A stretch of 64,000 nt of DNA from an uncultured Holophagales bacterium (GTDB lineage: Bacteria > Acidobacteriota > Thermoanaerobaculia > Multivoradales > UBA5704): the NCBI GenBank assembly GCA_963842525.1, contig CAWJGT010000032.1, positions 64,001 through 128,000 of the forward strand, written 5' to 3'. The first letter of the stretch is position 1. Each line of letters begins with the position of its first letter. This document shows positions 61,075 through 64,000 of this stretch, in pieces. The notes below the pieces were generated by a model that made no database searches, was not told the DNA's origin, and saw only the letters and a list, made by a program, of their open reading frames with translations. Made by a program: the position numbers and the translations under genes.

Positions 61075-61740
61075 TCAGACAACCTCCTCCGCGAGGCCGA
61101 GAAGGGCGGAGGGGCGGGCGAAGGAGCTCTCCAGCCGTTCGAGGTACCGTCCGACGTGCAGGCCGTCCATCAGCGCGTGGTGCACCTCGACCGAGACCGG
61201 CATCATGAAACGGTCGCCGTCCGCGAAGTACTTGCCGAAGACGATCTTCGGAACCGAGTCCTGCCCGTCCCCTTTCCGGGCGTTGGAGAAGCTGGTGAAG
61301 GAGATCCAGGGCAGGACCGAGCAGTGGATCAGGTCGTCCCGATCGTCGCGCGGCTCCAACCGGCCCCCGCCGGCACGGAGGCTCTCCAGCGCGTCCCTGG
61401 CCTGCTCCGCGAACCGCGCGAAGTCGTCGTCGTACTCGAAATAGCAGAAGGCGAAGCGCTCGCCGTCGACCAGGGTCGTGGTCCCGGCATGGATGCGGTC
61501 GTGCACGAGGACGCGGTCCCCGCGCAGCCGGTACCGGAACGGCTCCAGCTCGTTGGCCGCCCGCAGGGCCAGATAATGGTAGAAGAGGAAGAACGGGAGG
61601 CCCTCCCGGGAGCGGACGAGGTGGAGGAGGCCCGTCACGTCCAGATTGGCGCAGACGCTGAAGAAGGGGTTGGCGTAGCCCTTGAAGAAGTGGAATTGCT
61701 GGCGCCGGGGCCAGTTTTCCAGATCCAGATAGGCAGGCAT
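61075..61740 (-). CDS. Chloramphenicol acetyltransferase (CatA)-family acetyltransferase
   Basis: 'WPRRQQFHFF', 'SVLPWISFTS', 'PKIVFGKY', catalytic 'HHALMDGLH'. Confidence 0.85.
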   Translation of the reverse strand: MPAYLDLENWPRRQQFHFFKGYANPFFSVCANLDVTGLLHLVRSREGLPFFLFYHYLALRAANELEPFRYRLRGDRVLVHDRIHAGTTTLVDGERFAFCYFEYDDDFARFAEQARDALESLRAGGGRLEPRDDRDDLIHCSVLPWISFTSFSNARKGDGQDSVPKIVFGKYFADGDRFMMPVSVEVHHALMDGLHVGRYLERLESSFARPSALLGLAEEVV

Positions 61741-61750
61741 CGTCGTTCGG

Positions 61751-62435
61751 TTACTCGGCCGGCGGCGCGCTCGACTGGCTCCTGATCAGAGCGAGCCACG
61801 CGAGCTCCGTTTCGAAAGCCCTGGCCGCTCCCGCCCAGAACCTCCGTTCGGCCTCTTTGTCCCGAGTCTGGTTCTTGAGGCTCGCCAGAAACGTAGCCTC
61901 GCCGCTCAGCCCATAGCCGAGCCGTCCTTTGGCGGCTGCTTCCGGCGCCACCAGGCGGAAGTAGTGGGCCTGGGCGGCATCCATCTCTTCGGATCTGGTC
62001 GAGCGGGTGACCACGAGCTTCCCCCGCGAACGTCATCGCCCCCGGCTGTACCATGATGGCCGTCAGGGGGATCATCTGCTGCGCGAACAAGGCCTTGAAG
62101 GGAATGCCGTAGCCCCGGGCGTGTGGCATCGTCGCCGCCACCGCGACGTAGCGGCCGGGCCGGACGTTGAGGAGGTACGCCTGGCCGTGCTTCTCGAAAG
62201 TCGACGGGATCAGGCTCTCGCCCGCCAGCATGTCCGCCTCGTCCTCGACGCGGACGAAGTACACCTGAAGAGCCGGCATGGTGTTGTGGAAGAGGGGGAC
62301 CTCGTACTGGACGACGATGCCGATCGAGCCGCGCTGAGGATTGGGAGGTGGTAGAGAAGGCTGCCGGGCGCCCGCCGCTCGCCCCAGGAGCGCGTGGACC
62401 ATCAGAGACAGGATTGCGGCGGCTCGAACGCTCAT
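61751..62435 (-). CDS. Secreted hypothetical protein (frameshift ~62010), paralog of 62445-63128
   Basis: Shared 'RGSIGI', 'YLLN..PGRYVAVAA', 'DxAQxHY.RL.APE', 'AERRFW'. Confidence 0.7.
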
Positions 62436-62444
62436 CGGGCTCTC

Positions 62445-63128
62445 TCACGGTTGCTGCAGCGCAGCCAGTCGCCGCTCGACCATCTCCAGCCAGGCTTTCT
62501 TGGACTTGAACACCTCGGCGCGAGCCTCCTCCCAGAATCTCCGTTCCGCCGCGGGCTCCCGGCTCATGCTCTCGAGGTCGGCCAGGTAGGCCCCCTGGCC
62601 GCTGAAGGAACGCGCGAAGTAGCCCTTCCGCTCCATTTCGGGTGCGATCAGGCGGTAGTAGTGGGTCTGCGCCGGGTCGCCCTTCTCCATGCCGAGGTGG
62701 GTGGCGATCAGGTATTCGCCGGCAAAGACCATCTCCCCCGGCGTCACGGTCACCTCGGTGAGGGGGATCAACTCCTGGGAGAAGACGGCCTTGAGGTCCA
62801 TGCCGGAAAGAGGGGCCGCCTTCAAATCCGCGGCCACCGCCACATAGCGTCCGGGCTTGGCATTGAGCAGATAGACCTGCTTGCCCTGCGAGAAGTTCGA
62901 TGGAATGACGGCATCCGCCGCCAGCGGGTCGATGTCTTCCTCGATCCGCACGAAGAAGATCTGGGTGGCCGACGAGCGGATCGCGCGCATGGGCGCCAGC
63001 GAACGGACCGTGATCCCAATCGAGCCGCGCTCGGCATCCGGCTGCGGCATCGGCAGCGTTTTTGCCACGGCAGCGGTGGCCAGAAAGCAGAGTCCGAGAA
63101 GGAGGATTTTGGGGAATCGTTCCATCAT
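62445..63128 (-). CDS. Secreted hypothetical protein
   Basis: Signal peptide, GGAG RBS, tandem paralog downstream. Confidence 0.75.
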   Translation of the reverse strand: MMERFPKILLLGLCFLATAAVAKTLPMPQPDAERGSIGITVRSLAPMRAIRSSATQIFFVRIEEDIDPLAADAVIPSNFSQGKQVYLLNAKPGRYVAVAADLKAAPLSGMDLKAVFSQELIPLTEVTVTPGEMVFAGEYLIATHLGMEKGDPAQTHYYRLIAPEMERKGYFARSFSGQGAYLADLESMSREPAAERRFWEEARAEVFKSKKAWLEMVERRLAALQQP

Positions 63129-63227
63129 CGAAGGCTCCCTCCTTGCGCGAGGTGGGGGTGTACATCGCTATTCTATAAGGAGAGTGGCCGTTGGCAGACG
63201 GACGTTTCATCTGAACTTTCGCAACCG

Positions 63228-63479
63228 CGGCCGGTGATCCTCCGTAATCTCCTTCAGCGCGAGGGCTACAACAGTCTCGACGAGGTCAGAGCCGATGGCG
63301 AGGTCCAGGGCCTCCGCAATGCCGTCGTCGAGGTTCTGATGGCTCGCGGCCTCGCGGTGGACGATGACCTGCGGGCCACTCTCGACGGGATCGACGATCC
63401 GGCGCTCCTCACGTCCCTCCTGCGCCAGGCGGCGACCGCCGCGACGGCAGTCGATCTCCTGGCGTCCGTCGCAGGCTGA
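63228..63479 (+). pseudogene. C-terminal remnant of a Uma2/Rpn-type nuclease gene
   Basis: 'LRNLLQREGYNSLDEVRADG...EVLMARGLAVDD...DDPALLTSLLRQAATA' tail without the nuclease domain. Confidence 0.55.
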
Positions 63480-63593
63480 CCCCCTGGTTTGCCCTTCCGG
63501 CGGTCCCCTGCTACAATCTCCACCCTTTGCGCCGTCCCGTTCGGTGGGGCGGTGAAGTCTGCCTCTCCTTGAGAGCCCCGGAGGTTTGAGAAC

Positions 63594-63836
63594 ATGCTGA
63601 AGATTCGGCTGCGCCGCATGGGCGCGCGGAACAATCCCTTCTACCGCGTGGTCGTGTCCGACTCGCGCAACACCCCCACGGCCTCGTCCGTGGAGGAGAT
63701 CGGCCACTACGACGTGACCAAGAACCCGGCGCAGGTGCACATCGACGTCGAGCGGGCCCGCTACTGGGTCGGCCTTGGCGCCCAGATGTCGCCGACGGTC
63801 AAGAAGCTCGTGAACCAGGTGGCGAAGAGTGCCTGA
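63594..63836 (+). CDS. rpsP: 30S ribosomal protein S16
   Basis: '[22 protein letters not shown]', 'EEIGHY', 'GAQMSPTV'. Confidence 0.97.
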   Translation: MLKIRLRRMGARNNPFYRVVVSDSRNTPTASSVEEIGHYDVTKNPAQVHIDVERARYWVGLGAQMSPTVKKLVNQVAKSA

Positions 63837-64000
63837 GCTGGTCGACGATTTCCGGGAGCTGGTCCGCCTCCTGGTGGACAAGCCCGACGAGGTGGAGGTC
63901 ACCGAGATCCCGAGCCGCCGCGGTGGCGGCATCCTCGAGCTGAAGGTCGCTCCCGACGATCTGGGCAAGGTGATCGGCCGCCAGGGCCGCACCGCCCGCG
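63829..64000 (+). CDS. khpA: KH-domain RNA-binding protein (partial)
   Basis: GTG overlapping rpsP; '[10 protein letters not shown]', '[15 protein letters not shown]'. Confidence 0.9.
   Translation, partial: MPELVDDFRELVRLLVDKPDEVEVTEIPSRRGGGILELKVAPDDLGKVIGRQGRTAR

Noticed and set aside
61075-61740. Acquired chloramphenicol resistance gene
   Set aside because: Host-like composition and no mobile-element context; CatA-like homologs of unknown substrate are common

Overview
High-GC bacterial chromosome window. Gene content (Ku/LigD, paired winged-helix-TPR regulators, T-x-P-S-H sulfatase-TPR, S46 peptidase, GC-rich palindromic repeats) suggests Acidobacteriota such as Thermoanaerobaculia; this is an inference. 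Many single-base frameshifts (about 21.3, 23.6, 40.9, 46-51, 55.2, 58.0, 58.6, 59.3 and 62.0 kb) look like long-read assembly errors. Recognisable loci: part of a MoxR/DUF4350/DUF4129/RDD cluster, cyanophycin genes cphB and cphA split by an Rpn-like gene, a kinase-AAA-TPR protein, apaH, a Mo-oxidoreductase/cytochrome b pair, three toxin-antitoxin pairs, ppa, NHEJ genes, two secreted FN3 proteins, rpsP and khpA. Best candidate for an undescribed system: a two-gene island at 18.9-26.7 kb encoding a ~2,000-aa cytoplasmic WD40/beta-propeller histidine kinase overlapping a receiver-SIR2 fusion, a possible phosphorelay-gated NAD-consuming conflict/anti-phage system. Other highlights: a CxxU AhpD-like selenoprotein with a SECIS-like hairpin that the ORF track splits in two, a tandem histone-fold-like protein, three inserts each bracketed by a duplicated copy of the neighbouring gene's 3' end, an in-frame palindromic repeat inside ligD, and a candidate sRNA with phased operator repeats. 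All assignments come from motif recognition by eye; no database searches were run.
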